This document shows, piece after piece, positions 10,004 through 20,133 of a stretch of DNA of 64,000 bases (positions within the stretch are counted from its first letter, which is position 1; each line of letters opens with the position of its first letter). The notes beneath the pieces are model-generated. The model was not told the origin of the DNA. It made no database searches and worked only from the letters and a program-made list of their open reading frames with translations. A program made the position numbers and the translations under genes. This stretch comes from a virus (Duplodnaviria > Heunggongvirae > Uroviricota > Caudoviricetes), in the IMG/VR virus record IMGVR_UViG_3300024272_000021; one strand, given 5' to 3'.

Positions 10004-10255
10004 TTTTATTCAGCTAGACTTTCTTCCAGATCATATAAGGCCATAACATCATTATTCCAAACGGCTGATATTACATAGTCGTAAAAATCTTCATCGTCAC
10101 AATGTTCTAGTAGATTCAAAAGCAACACTGCGGTATTAATGATTTTTTCCTTCAGTTCCATAATCTCACCTCTTATTATCAACCCAACATAACAGTCCGG
10201 TAAAAAATAGAATAAAAACACCAATTGCCACCAGAGTCTCCATCTTCAACCCTCC

Positions 10256-10522
10256 TTACTCTGAAATCAATACACAGTCATCGCTATGCACAAGATAAGT
10301 TGTTCCGTCTATTTTAATCTGTATCTGATCGCCGTCTTCATAGTCTCTCCAGCTCTGAACTTTGCCTTCGACAATAGTTCCATTGGGTAGACTTATAATT
10401 GCGCGATCAAAAGTGTATGTAGTATCAAACACGGTACGGTTGCCACAGCCAACAAGCATCAGAGTTACCAGAATGAGCACAACAACAAGTGCAAAAATCT
10501 TCTTCATATTTATATCCTCCAT
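10256..10522 (-). CDS. Putative lipoprotein
   Basis: signal peptide plus LVGCGN lipobox; start codon sits inside the promoter motif. Confidence 0.45.
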   Translation of the reverse strand: MEDINMKKIFALVVVLILVTLMLVGCGNRTVFDTTYTFDRAIISLPNGTIVEGKVQSWRDYEDGDQIQIKIDGTTYLVHSDDCVLISE

Positions 10523-10538
10523 TAATTTTGTATTGTTA
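10520..10538 (-). promoter_or_regulatory. Conserved promoter/leader motif that includes the ATG
   Basis: ccattaattttgtattgtt; start codon of 10256-10522 lies in the motif. Confidence 0.5.
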
Positions 10539-10567
10539 TAATATCAAATATTTTCCAGTATGTCAAG

Positions 10568-12505
10568 TTAAGTTTCACTACACAGTTTTAAGAATTCGTC
10601 TTCTGTAATGATCGGGACGTTTAGTTCAACAGCCTTCTTATATTTAGAAGATCCACTCTGTTCATTTGTAATTAAGAAATCTGTTTTCTTAGATACAGAC
10701 CCAACTGCTTTTGCGCCAAGAGATACTATTTTTTCGTTAATAGAATCTCTGGTGAAATGATTGAGTTTTCCAGTGACGCATAGAGATTTGCCATTAAACG
10801 GATTATCGCTAATACTCTTCTTTTCAGGAACTATAAAAGTCATCTCGTCAGCAAGCTTGAGAAGATCTGAGTAGTTATATTCTAAATAATTATCAAGATT
10901 ATCAGCCATAGTTTCACCAAAGTCATCCAGTGTATTCCACAGGAACCCATGAGAATATGCATCCATCCAATCGTGGAAATTACTATTAAACTTCTGAGAG
11001 ATGGTCTTGGCGGCAGAAAGGCCAATATTGGGGATTCCAAGTGCGGCAATAAAGTTCTCTAGCTTCACATTGCGTGATTTTTCAATAGCCAACAATAGTT
11101 TTTCAACCGATTTGGCCCCTAGGCCGTCGACTTTGATAAGTTGGTTATGGTAGTTTGAGAGCTTGTAAATATCGTAAAAACTATTGATATAACCAAGGGA
11201 AATTAGCTTCTCCAAAGTGGCTTCTGAAAGGCCATCGATGTTCATACACTTGCGACTTACAAAATGAGTAAACTGCGCAATCTTCTTAGCAGCACAATCA
11301 GGATTCATGCACATAAGAACCTGACTATTATCAGTATCTTTGATAACTGTTTCCGATCCACAACAAGGACACTTCTTAGGGATTTCTAAAATATTACTTC
11401 TAGTTAGATTGTCATCAATTTTGGGAATAACCATGTTGCTGCGATAAACAGTAATCGTATCTCCGATACCAAGTTCAAGCTGTTTAATAATAGATAGATT
11501 GTGCAGTGTAGCTCTTGTGGTTAAAGCTCCATCTAAATCAATTTCAGAAAAAATAGCAACTGGCGAAATAATACCCGTCCTTGTGGGATTCCACTCTACA
11601 TCAAGCAGCGTAGTTTCATATATATTATCCGCCCATTTGAGAGCCATTCTGCAGCCTTCATGATGAGACGTAGAAGCAAGAGACCTAGAATATTCTTTCA
11701 TACACATCTCAAAAATCAGACCATCAACAGGATAATTATAAGATTCTGGTGTCATTTCTTTTACACAAGCTTCAACTTCTCCCAGACACCTATCTACGGT
11801 TTCAAAACCCAGGTAATCTAGATACCCAAGTTCATCCCACTTAGAATCATATTTACCGTCTTCGTCATATAGATCAGATACACATTCAAATACTATATAG
11901 GAAAGATTTCTAGCTTTGGTGATATTTGTATCAAGGTTACGAAGGCTCCCTGCGGCCAGGTTACGAGGATGGGAATACTTATCCTCAAGAGTTTCATTAA
12001 TCTTATTAAAATTATCCCAAGAAACTACACATTCTCCACGAAGTTCTAGATCATAAGTATATGGAATATTCATAGGAAGATTACTAATCATCTTAGCTTG
12101 TTCGGTTACATCTTCACCAATAATTCCCGTACCTCTTGTGACGGCCTGTACAAATTTGCCATGACTGTATCGAACCACAAGCGTGAGACCATCAAGTTTA
12201 TAACTGCAATAGAATGCGTTGTCGCCAAGGAACTTTTTGATTTCATTGATGTCCTTAGTTTTTGCCGCAGACAGCATAGGTTTTGTATGTTCGACCTTAG
12301 TAAAACCTTCTAGAATGGAACCTTGCACCTTACGTGTCGGACTATTGGCAAGCCAGAAATTTGCTGCATTTTCTAGCTGTTCTAATTCATCATACATTCT
12401 GTCGTATTCTGTGTCGGTAATAACAGGTGAATCTAAATCATAATAAAGATAACAATGATGCAGCAGCTTTGCCGTTAGTTCTTTAATTTGTTCAATTTGA
12501 TTCAT
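10568..12505 (-). CDS. ligA: NAD-dependent DNA ligase LigA
   Basis: N-terminal YYDLDSPVITDTEYD, adenylation motif CSYKLDG, C-terminal zinc finger/HhH/BRCT region; 645 aa. Confidence 0.9.
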   Translation of the reverse strand: MNQIEQIKELTAKLLHHCYLYYDLDSPVITDTEYDRMYDELEQLENAANFWLANSPTRKVQGSILEGFTKVEHTKPMLSAAKTKDINEIKKFLGDNAFYCSYKLDGLTLVVRYSHGKFVQAVTRGTGIIGEDVTEQAKMISNLPMNIPYTYDLELRGECVVSWDNFNKINETLEDKYSHPRNLAAGSLRNLDTNITKARNLSYIVFECVSDLYDEDGKYDSKWDELGYLDYLGFETVDRCLGEVEACVKEMTPESYNYPVDGLIFEMCMKEYSRSLASTSHHEGCRMALKWADNIYETTLLDVEWNPTRTGIISPVAIFSEIDLDGALTTRATLHNLSIIKQLELGIGDTITVYRSNMVIPKIDDNLTRSNILEIPKKCPCCGSETVIKDTDNSQVLMCMNPDCAAKKIAQFTHFVSRKCMNIDGLSEATLEKLISLGYINSFYDIYKLSNYHNQLIKVDGLGAKSVEKLLLAIEKSRNVKLENFIAALGIPNIGLSAAKTISQKFNSNFHDWMDAYSHGFLWNTLDDFGETMADNLDNYLEYNYSDLLKLADEMTFIVPEKKSISDNPFNGKSLCVTGKLNHFTRDSINEKIVSLGAKAVGSVSKKTDFLITNEQSGSSKYKKAVELNVPIITEDEFLKLCSET

Positions 12506-12521
12506 TACATCTACCTCTTAT

Positions 12522-12920
12522 TCAATCATTCAATTCAATTTCCATAAACCCAACATAATCATAATATGTAGGGTAGCCATAATACATATGCACATATTTA
12601 TGTTCATCATCATCGTATTCAATGATTCCATAGTCAAAAGAAGAAAAATAGAGCCGCCCATTCTCATCTACTTCAAAAATTTCATCGAGGAATTTATAAT
12701 CTGTGCCTAACGTACCATCTTCATATCTTTCTACTAATTCAATTGAGCGAATTTCATGGCCTGCATAATGAATAAGATCAGACATTGGATGGAATAATGC
12801 ATTATCTAATTTATATTGTTCGATTTCTTTTCGAAGCCTGCTTGCCTTTTCTGCCAAAGGTTTTATTGCTTCTTCGGTCAATTTTAACTGCTTAACCATA
12901 TTTTCTAATGTTCTATCCAT
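12522..12920 (-). CDS. Hypothetical protein
   Basis: ORF. Confidence 0.4.
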   Translation of the reverse strand: MDRTLENMVKQLKLTEEAIKPLAEKASRLRKEIEQYKLDNALFHPMSDLIHYAGHEIRSIELVERYEDGTLGTDYKFLDEIFEVDENGRLYFSSFDYGIIEYDDDEHKYVHMYYGYPTYYDYVGFMEIELND

Positions 12921-12937
12921 GTTGCCACCTCGTAAAA

Positions 12938-13342
12938 CTATGATAAGTATTGTTCCAATTCTGCTATCTTCAGGTCTAATTCATTTTTATATCGTTCATT
13001 TTCTGCTTCATCACTCAACACTAAAAACTTATACCAACCATCCAAATTACTTTTAATATCGCTTATTAACTCTTGCGCTAAATCATTAACGTTCATATCG
13101 GAAAAGTCATGTAAAATTGCATTATCTTTTTCTTCGATAACAAAAACTCCGTAATTATAACTGGTCAATACCAACGTAAAATTCGAACCTTCTTCATCAA
13201 ATTCTGCAACACCATAACCTCTTGTATAGTAACCAATAAAAGCATCCAGTAGATCTACGGCAACATCGGTTATATAACTTGGACTTCCTAGAAAGTCTCC
13301 TAATTTAAAATCACACCAACCATATTCAGGATTTGTGATCAT
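12938..13342 (-). CDS. Hypothetical protein
   Basis: ORF. Confidence 0.4.
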   Translation of the reverse strand: MITNPEYGWCDFKLGDFLGSPSYITDVAVDLLDAFIGYYTRGYGVAEFDEEGSNFTLVLTSYNYGVFVIEEKDNAILHDFSDMNVNDLAQELISDIKSNLDGWYKFLVLSDEAENERYKNELDLKIAELEQYLS

Positions 13343-13777
13343 ATGATTTCACCTCGTTAATAATCCAGTTCATTTAGCCATTCTTCAAACTCTCTAAGTG
13401 TTTCCTCATTAGGAGACATCCAACCAGCGCAATACTTTTCATCCGAGAAATCATAATACAGTCTTTCGATAGTAGATTCGTCAACTAGAATTTCTCCATG
13501 TTTCTTTAAGTATGCAAAAATAAGTTCCATATCTTCAGGATGATTAAATCTCTGTATATTGTATCTTCTATAAGCTCTCATATGTCACCTTTTAATCCTC
13601 AATCTGATACCAGTCGCAATTGCCATCTGAAACTTCTACATACTCACGAGGGAATCTGCCCTTGCCATATTTATAAAGCTTTTCGGTTTTCTAATTGCTT
13701 CTTCCATAGAGCTTGCTTTTACTGGTGTAAGCCAAGAGCAAGCTACGCTGACCATATAAGTGTTCTGCTTCATATTC

Positions 13778-14125
13778 TTACCTCTTAAACTTCTTCATCT
13801 CTTCAATATCCTTCAGCGTCTGCCGATGATATTCTTCGTTTTCAAGATCTTCATAACAATACTCACATAGATATTCCTGTTCAATTTCGCCGGTAACAAC
13901 CGGGCAATCTTCATCGCCATACTTACAGCCATGCCATTTACAACAATGAGAGGCATGCACTCCGTTTCTATCGATTACTGTCACGGCACTATGGCCCTCC
14001 TCTAATACAAGCATCCCAAGTTTATTCTCTAACACATCTTTTATAGATACTCCAAATATATTAGCGATACCCTGTAAACTTACTTCTGTGTTTATTGTTA
14101 ATATATATTTATCATCATAATCCAT
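13778..14125 (-). CDS. Hypothetical Cys-rich protein
   Basis: ORF. Confidence 0.4.
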   Translation of the reverse strand: MDYDDKYILTINTEVSLQGIANIFGVSIKDVLENKLGMLVLEEGHSAVTVIDRNGVHASHCCKWHGCKYGDEDCPVVTGEIEQEYLCEYCYEDLENEEYHRQTLKDIEEMKKFKR

Positions 14126-14226
14126 GTTTATTTCTCCCCATTACCCATATTGTACAATACCTGATCTGACCAGGTTTCCAGTCAGGATGTTTCTTGCGAA
14201 TACGAGAATATATAAAGGAATATCTA

Positions 14227-14538
14227 TTAAACTTCTTCTTCATTGTCTTCCTGCATTTCGGGTTCTACATTGACAACTTCGTCCTCTTTATTTACATACA
14301 GAACAGCACCAAAGTTGAAATCATATCCGACTCTACCAGCACCATCCTTAAAACCAAATGCGGATACGCCTGTCTGTTCAGGGGTGTTAAAATCAAGCTG
14401 GATCTTCGGAATGGCAAGGTTCATAGGGCCAATATTAGACATTGCCTCACCAGTAAGGTCGGCAAAAAGTGCTCCATTTTCAGCATAAATCTTTACTCCA
14501 GTTAGTACAACGTTGCTATTTACTTCAATCTTACTCAT
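14227..14538 (-). CDS. Hypothetical protein with acidic C-terminus
   Basis: ORF. Confidence 0.4.
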   Translation of the reverse strand: MSKIEVNSNVVLTGVKIYAENGALFADLTGEAMSNIGPMNLAIPKIQLDFNTPEQTGVSAFGFKDGAGRVGYDFNFGAVLYVNKEDEVVNVEPEMQEDNEEEV

Positions 14539-14553
14539 ATTATTATTTCTCCT

Positions 14554-15003
14554 TTACTTTAGTAGATTTCCAACAACTTTATTTACAATAGCCATATCGG
14601 CTTTGCCCTTGAGGTTAGCAGCAACAAGCTTCATAATTGCGCCGCGATTAGGTTTAGTTAGTTCAATATTATTATCTATCGCATAACTAGTGACTAGTAC
14701 CTGAATTGCTACTTCATCAGTAATTAGACTTGGCGCAAATTCACGGATGACTTCCATCTGCTTCTTATAATCCTCTAGAAGATCTGCGCGAGCTTCGGGA
14801 CAAGTATCAATCATTTCCTGGGTAATTTTCTTGGCCTTTAGCAGCTCGGCATTAACTATATCTTCAGGAATATTATCTCTGCAGCCTTTGTCGATAGCAG
14901 TATTCTTAATTCTTGCAATTATAGTAGAGATAACACTTTTACGAAATTTATCTCCTGATTTTAGAGCCTGAACCATTTCAGACTGTAGCTGTTGTATTGT
15001 CAT
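14554..15003 (-). CDS. GatB/YqeY-domain protein
   Basis: 149-aa helical protein with YqeY-like N-terminal region (QSEMVQALKSGDK...). Confidence 0.4.
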   Translation of the reverse strand: MTIQQLQSEMVQALKSGDKFRKSVISTIIARIKNTAIDKGCRDNIPEDIVNAELLKAKKITQEMIDTCPEARADLLEDYKKQMEVIREFAPSLITDEVAIQVLVTSYAIDNNIELTKPNRGAIMKLVAANLKGKADMAIVNKVVGNLLK

Positions 15004-15238
15004 AGTTTATTCTCCTTTTATAGTAAAGTCTTTATAGTTATTTGCACGATTGCAATTCTTATGAGAACAATTAAGTTCACAGCCATACACATAGTAACTA
15101 TTCGCACAAAATTTACAAATATCGTCTTTTGCAATATTCATAAGATAATATTTATAATTATCATAATTATCTAAATGTGAGTATTCACAAAGCAAACAGT
15201 TATCTTTGTTCGCAAACTGTTGGTGACAAGTCTCACAT

Positions 15239-15613
15239 TCATATATCACTTTCATGTCGTTCTTTCACCTGCTTAAAATATTCGTCCCATGAAAACCACT
15301 GATCTTTTATTAAATGCCCAATTCTTAGAATTTTACTGCCCCAACCCTCGGTCTCAACACGACAATGCTGGCCTATAAGTTCTTCCCAAGATTCCACTTC
15401 GAAAGTTTTCATGATCTCAATAATTGCGCCATATCCATCCCGAGAATAATATTCTCCTGGCTCATTAAACCAATGGTCTAAGCAGTATCCACCAGTAGTG
15501 CAACCCCAGCTATTGCCTTCGACAGTAATATATACTGTAAGACAGCCATGGTCTTCGCCGAGTTTGGTGTGGGTAATCTTACCATTTAAAATCTCCGCAG
15601 CCATATCTTTCAC
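15239..15613 (-). CDS. Hypothetical protein
   Basis: ORF. Confidence 0.4.
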   Translation of the reverse strand: MKDMAAEILNGKITHTKLGEDHGCLTVYITVEGNSWGCTTGGYCLDHWFNEPGEYYSRDGYGAIIEIMKTFEVESWEELIGQHCRVETEGWGSKILRIGHLIKDQWFSWDEYFKQVKERHESDI

Positions 15614-16158
15614 CTCAAATATTCTATTTTCCTATTTCTGTAAGTCTGGCTCGGTTTATACTTAAATATCACTTCGCTAATATCAAACTCAAAATTATAC
15701 ATGTCTGAGTTATAATATACAATATCAGTTGGAATAGCACATCTTGGTGTACAAGTAAAAGATCTAATTGTTGCTTCAGCGGCAATCATATCTCGTTTCA
15801 TTCCATAACGTTTTAGCCATTTCTTATTTATACGATGCTTCTTATGCCAACGCGCCTGAATCAGAATTGGTACATCCCAATATATTCTACGAGGTGTTTC
15901 TAGCGTTTCGAACATTGAATTAAATAGCGGCATGTTGATCTGTGTATTTTCACAAGCAAATTCTGCATTACCAATTGAATTAAGATTGATTGCAACATCC
16001 GACTCTGCTTTATCGGATAGCGGTGTGATAAATTCTTCAATTGTGCAACCTTCCGAGAACACAACTTGATTATCTGCAAGGTCAGATATCCACACTTTGC
16101 CAGGACTAAATGTTGCTATATTGCCGTTCATTGTTTGTACCTCAATTTCCAATTTCAA
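15610..16158 (-). CDS. Hypothetical protein
   Basis: ORF. Confidence 0.4.
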   Translation of the reverse strand: MKLEIEVQTMNGNIATFSPGKVWISDLADNQVVFSEGCTIEEFITPLSDKAESDVAINLNSIGNAEFACENTQINMPLFNSMFETLETPRRIYWDVPILIQARWHKKHRINKKWLKRYGMKRDMIAAEATIRSFTCTPRCAIPTDIVYYNSDMYNFEFDISEVIFKYKPSQTYRNRKIEYLR

Positions 16159-17389
16159 TCAGATACTTAATAGTCATCTGCTCTTCTTTGTAAACAACAA
16201 TCTCATCATTCCTCAGCATTCCTCTATCAGCATGAGCATGGAGGCAATTTGCACCAGGCTGAAACTGCTGAAGTTTATTGTAGTCAAGATTATAATATTT
16301 GCTATCAAAATTGTATACATCATAAGGTGTGCCGTATGCTACATCAAACAATGCCATATAAGCTGTATTATTACCGCCATGTGCCCAATAAGAACCCGAC
16401 AGAGAAGTGTATCCAATAGACTTCTGGCACTTAGGGGCATAGTAGCAACCGTAACCAAACATCTTGCCCGTAATAACTGCATTAGTAGGTCTTAGCACCA
16501 GGCCAGTCTTAATGATGCTCCAGAAATTTTCACTTCTACTTCCGTGGAACAACAATCTTGTATCCTTAATACCATTCTCTGCAACAAACTTATCAAAACG
16601 CTCCTGAGTTTTAAGATTCTTAACTCGCCAAGCCTTCCTAAATTTGCCTGCAGATTCGTTCATCAGAGTCTTAATAAGTGCTACGTCATCTGCCGTAGTT
16701 TCCTCCATCTCAAGACCAAGCTCTTCCAGAATAGTCTGCTGTTTCTTTTCAACTGTCTCAACAGGTTCATTATCAGGTTTCACATAAATCTGGCCGCGCA
16801 TAACGTCAAGAAGATCCTGCTCCTTGGAGATAATCTGTGCAAAATCTTCAACCTTATTAGCAAGATAATCTCTAACATTGCCCATCTTTCTCGGAATAAC
16901 AGTAAATAGCTTAAGCAGATTATCGTTAAACTCTTCAACTGCAGAACAAGAATTTGCAAGTGTATCAATAATCTTCTGTGCTGCGTCAACCATATCCTGA
17001 GTAACGGCGGATGCCTTGACGGTATAGTTCTTCTGAATAGTTTCACGAGCTAGACTCTGGAGTTTTTCTACGATAGCTCTTATAGCAGCATTCTCAATTT
17101 CTTTATAGGGACTTTCAGGATTGGTAGAGGAAATTTCCTCCACCAAATCCTTCTTTAGGTCTGTTATGTCCTGATAGCCCTTCTTAAGCTTGCTGCTAAT
17201 TTGCGAATCCCACTTGGACATAGGATAATATCTTGTAGTCTTAGTGGCATCAACTCTGCCATATTCAACTCTAAACTGTCCATCCTCAGGGAAAAGATTA
17301 TAATACTTATTATTGTTTGCAGTTGTTACCATAATCAAATAAGTAGGTCTAATCTCTGCCATAACAAAGCCTCCTCTTACAGTTCGCAA
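16142..17389 (-). CDS. PARP-like ADP-ribosyltransferase with an N-terminal WGR domain and intact H-Y-E catalytic triad
   Basis: FRVEYGRVDA (WGR); LLFHGSRSENFWSIIKTGL, TGKMFGYGCYYA and RNDEIVVYK match the PARP1 catalytic motifs. Confidence 0.75.
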   Translation of the reverse strand: MRTVRGGFVMAEIRPTYLIMVTTANNNKYYNLFPEDGQFRVEYGRVDATKTTRYYPMSKWDSQISSKLKKGYQDITDLKKDLVEEISSTNPESPYKEIENAAIRAIVEKLQSLARETIQKNYTVKASAVTQDMVDAAQKIIDTLANSCSAVEEFNDNLLKLFTVIPRKMGNVRDYLANKVEDFAQIISKEQDLLDVMRGQIYVKPDNEPVETVEKKQQTILEELGLEMEETTADDVALIKTLMNESAGKFRKAWRVKNLKTQERFDKFVAENGIKDTRLLFHGSRSENFWSIIKTGLVLRPTNAVITGKMFGYGCYYAPKCQKSIGYTSLSGSYWAHGGNNTAYMALFDVAYGTPYDVYNFDSKYYNLDYNKLQQFQPGANCLHAHADRGMLRNDEIVVYKEEQMTIKYLIEIGN

Positions 17390-17802
17390 ATCACAATCTC
17401 AACATCTGTATCTTCAAATACTTCACAAATAATATCGTAAACCTTAGACCATTCAAGACGATCCAATCCTGAAGCTATACGGGGCATAGCCAGCTTAGTA
17501 ACACTCATGAAATCCATCCATTCCTTCATAGATTCAAGTGCTGCTCTTACAGATTCATAAGTAGGCTTGTGCCAATACTTAGGCTTAGTTACAAGATTAA
17601 AAACGTTATCAATAGGAAGTGCTTCACCGCCGCGATATTCATAATTGTCATAACTTCTAAAGAGCTTAAAGCGCATGTTATATACGGAATCAAAAATCTT
17701 TGCAATACCGGCTCCAAGTGCGAAATCGGAGCTGATGCAGTGTGCAAGATAATATCCCTGAGGCATAGTAAAGAGGTCACGCTTTTCAGTAGTAATAGTC
17801 AT
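17377..17802 (-). CDS. Macrodomain protein (TARG1/OARD1- and DarG-like ADP-ribose hydrolase)
   Basis: YYLAHCISSDFALGAGIAKIF closely resembles the TARG1-type motif; overlaps the PARP-like gene stop. Confidence 0.6.
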   Translation of the reverse strand: MTITTEKRDLFTMPQGYYLAHCISSDFALGAGIAKIFDSVYNMRFKLFRSYDNYEYRGGEALPIDNVFNLVTKPKYWHKPTYESVRAALESMKEWMDFMSVTKLAMPRIASGLDRLEWSKVYDIICEVFEDTDVEIVICEL

Positions 17803-17823
17803 AGTTTCATTTCTCCTTTATAA

Positions 17824-18633
17824 TTAATTTTGTATTGTTATAAATTCATCTTCAATTACCAGTACGTTTACTTTTCCAGAATGAGCAACACAAGAGTCAA
17901 TTCCGATATAACCATCGCCATAAAACGGATCAAACTTTGCATCTTCTCCAAACACATCACGATCTTCTACAATTGCCCATGCTTCTGAGGTGTGCCAATG
18001 TCCGAACACCAATGTCTTATCAGGGAGTAGACCTTGTTCTGCAAGTTCAAATGGGTTTCCCCATCTTGCCTCTTCCCACTGTCTTTTATTAGCTTCGCGC
18101 CAATTTTCCATCTTAGAAAGCTTCCTATTGCGAATATACTGCTTTGGCAAACCATCGTCGTTATTCAGCGGAACAAATGCATGTACAAAAATATGATTCT
18201 GCGTTTCGAAATAATCTACCATACTGTCAAGAAATACATGTGTTCGTGCCAAAGCCCTGTCGCAACATTCAGCAAAGGTATAACCTTCACCGGCATTTCC
18301 AAGTTCATTTATTGTTTGAACCGTACCATTAGAATAATCGTAACTCCATGCTTCTCCACGCTCACAACATTCTTCAAAGAGATCTTCGTGATTTCCACGT
18401 ATCAAAATTTTACGTGGAAGAGTTCTTAAATATTTCATTACTTCAAGCGGATTTGGACCTCTGTCCCAATTATCACCGCATGAGATAAGCCAATGGTTTT
18501 CGTTATTCGGATCGAAACCTGCCTCATCAAGTGCTTCTCGCATTTCTTTATAGAATCCATGTATATCCGAAACTACAAAGAATGTATTCATTTTCCCACC
18601 TCTTCTATCTTTTATATAGCTATTATACACCAT
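17824..18633 (-). CDS. Calcineurin-like metallophosphoesterase (PPP family, lambda-phosphatase-like)
   Basis: VVSDIHG, CGDNWDRGP and RGNHE motifs. Confidence 0.75.
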   Translation of the reverse strand: MVYNSYIKDRRGGKMNTFFVVSDIHGFYKEMREALDEAGFDPNNENHWLISCGDNWDRGPNPLEVMKYLRTLPRKILIRGNHEDLFEECCERGEAWSYDYSNGTVQTINELGNAGEGYTFAECCDRALARTHVFLDSMVDYFETQNHIFVHAFVPLNNDDGLPKQYIRNRKLSKMENWREANKRQWEEARWGNPFELAEQGLLPDKTLVFGHWHTSEAWAIVEDRDVFGEDAKFDPFYGDGYIGIDSCVAHSGKVNVLVIEDEFITIQN

Positions 18634-18649
18634 TAATTTTGTATTGTCA
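18631..18649 (-). promoter_or_regulatory. Conserved promoter/leader motif that includes the ATG
   Basis: cattaattttgtattgtcaag; start of 17824-18633. Confidence 0.5.
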
Positions 18650-18667
18650 AGATGTGGAATGTAAAAA

Positions 18668-18700
18668 ATAGACCGTAGATTTACTACGGCCTATTTATAT
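18668..18700 (-). terminator. Rho-independent terminator
   Basis: gaccgtag/ctacggcc hairpin followed by TATTTTTTAC on the minus strand. Confidence 0.5.
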
Positions 18701-18937
18701 TTAGTTATCCTTCTGTTTTGATGCAGTGCAATTTGTAGCTGCTATTGCTGGATCACTAGAGAGATCAAGTGTGATGGTGTCAAGGGTTATATTACCTTCA
18801 AGAGCTGTGACCGTAGAATTTGCACTCAAATCATTAGAGCAACGCGATGTAGCCCAAGCAATACCGTCTTGTGGCTTTGTTATATTAGTATGGTCAGAAT
18901 AAGAATACGCCCCACTCCTGTAACAATATTGGCACAT
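18701..18937 (-). CDS. Hypothetical protein
   Basis: ORF. Confidence 0.35.
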   Translation of the reverse strand: MCQYCYRSGAYSYSDHTNITKPQDGIAWATSRCSNDLSANSTVTALEGNITLDTITLDLSSDPAIAATNCTASKQKDN

Positions 18938-19008
18938 TGAAGTAGTTGGCGAATATACCGAACCACATTTAGGACATACCTATCCATAATTTAAAATATT
19001 TGCATTCA

Positions 19009-20133
19009 TTAAATCACCTTAAACATTTCATCTTCTTTATCAGAACCAAGAACATTACGAATGAAATCTGGTTTTGTAATTTCTTTAAACTGATTATTGC
19101 CCACACAAAGCTTATTATCAGTATAATTAAGCTGGGTAAAAACCACATTGGCTTCAACTTTGTTATTATACTGATTCAAATCTTTTTTAATCCTATCGAA
19201 AAGAGTATCGGTATTGAGATAACCAAAGCGAAGTTTACCCTGCCAAGGATTTTCTTCATTGGTTTTATCTACAATGCTTGCATTGATATTTTTCTTTTCA
19301 CATTCTGTTTCCATCGGACCAGCACCATGTCTGGTAATATAAGTACGTGAAACATAGTAGATATCTGTAGGAAGATTAAGAGCGGCAATATCTGCAGCAA
19401 TATTATAACCACCTACACTAGAGGGAGTAAGATGCGGAAAATTGCCTACATTGGACTGATCAAGAAGCAGACCCTGACCACCTTCATAGATAATAGTATC
19501 ATAAGAAGGATAAACCTCTTCAAACTGCTTAATCTGACAATTGTTTGTAATATAAGCCACTGCTCGCATCCAATTATCAAGGTTATAAAGCTCATCATTT
19601 TCAAATGCGCCGTTATATTCTTCCTGAATACGCTTTACTTTATTATATAGAGTATAAGAATCAAGTAATTCTGCCGCTTCAACAAGATAATGAGAGTTAG
19701 TGCTACGTTTAGACGCTTCAAAAATTCCCATACCACAGCTACCATGTTTCTTATTGCCGCGTTCAATCTCCTTCTTGCGATTCTGCATTATATCACAAGG
19801 AAGAATGACACGACAATGCGGATCGATATACACAGTTTCCTCAGTTAGCCAAAGAGTAATAGGGTCAAGAAGGAACTTATGATGATAGTAGGTATCGCCT
19901 CCAATCATATCGGAGGGACCAGTACAATGGAAGATGCGTCCACGCGCAGTATGTGCTCGCTGTGCCCCACCATTGTAGAGCACAGTCAGAACACGCTCAC
20001 CAGAACCAATTGCAGTTTCTCCTAGACAATAAGATACGAGACCCTTACCTTCATCGCCATAATTGGCCCCTACTACAACTTTGACTTTCTGATTCATAAT
20101 TATCTCCTTACCAAGAAATGCCGTTACTATCAA
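19009..20133 (-). CDS. Adenylosuccinate-synthetase-family enzyme, short form (PurZ-like candidate for 2-aminoadenine/Z-base synthesis)
   Basis: VVVGANYGDEGKG, NGGAQRAHT, IYEGGQGLLLD and SRTYITRHGAGPMETE align to PurA motifs; ~362-374 aa versus ~430 for cellular PurA. Confidence 0.65.
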   Translation of the reverse strand: MIVTAFLGKEIIMNQKVKVVVGANYGDEGKGLVSYCLGETAIGSGERVLTVLYNGGAQRAHTARGRIFHCTGPSDMIGGDTYYHHKFLLDPITLWLTEETVYIDPHCRVILPCDIMQNRKKEIERGNKKHGSCGMGIFEASKRSTNSHYLVEAAELLDSYTLYNKVKRIQEEYNGAFENDELYNLDNWMRAVAYITNNCQIKQFEEVYPSYDTIIYEGGQGLLLDQSNVGNFPHLTPSSVGGYNIAADIAALNLPTDIYYVSRTYITRHGAGPMETECEKKNINASIVDKTNEENPWQGKLRFGYLNTDTLFDRIKKDLNQYNNKVEANVVFTQLNYTDNKLCVGNNQFKEITKPDFIRNVLGSDKEDEMFKVI

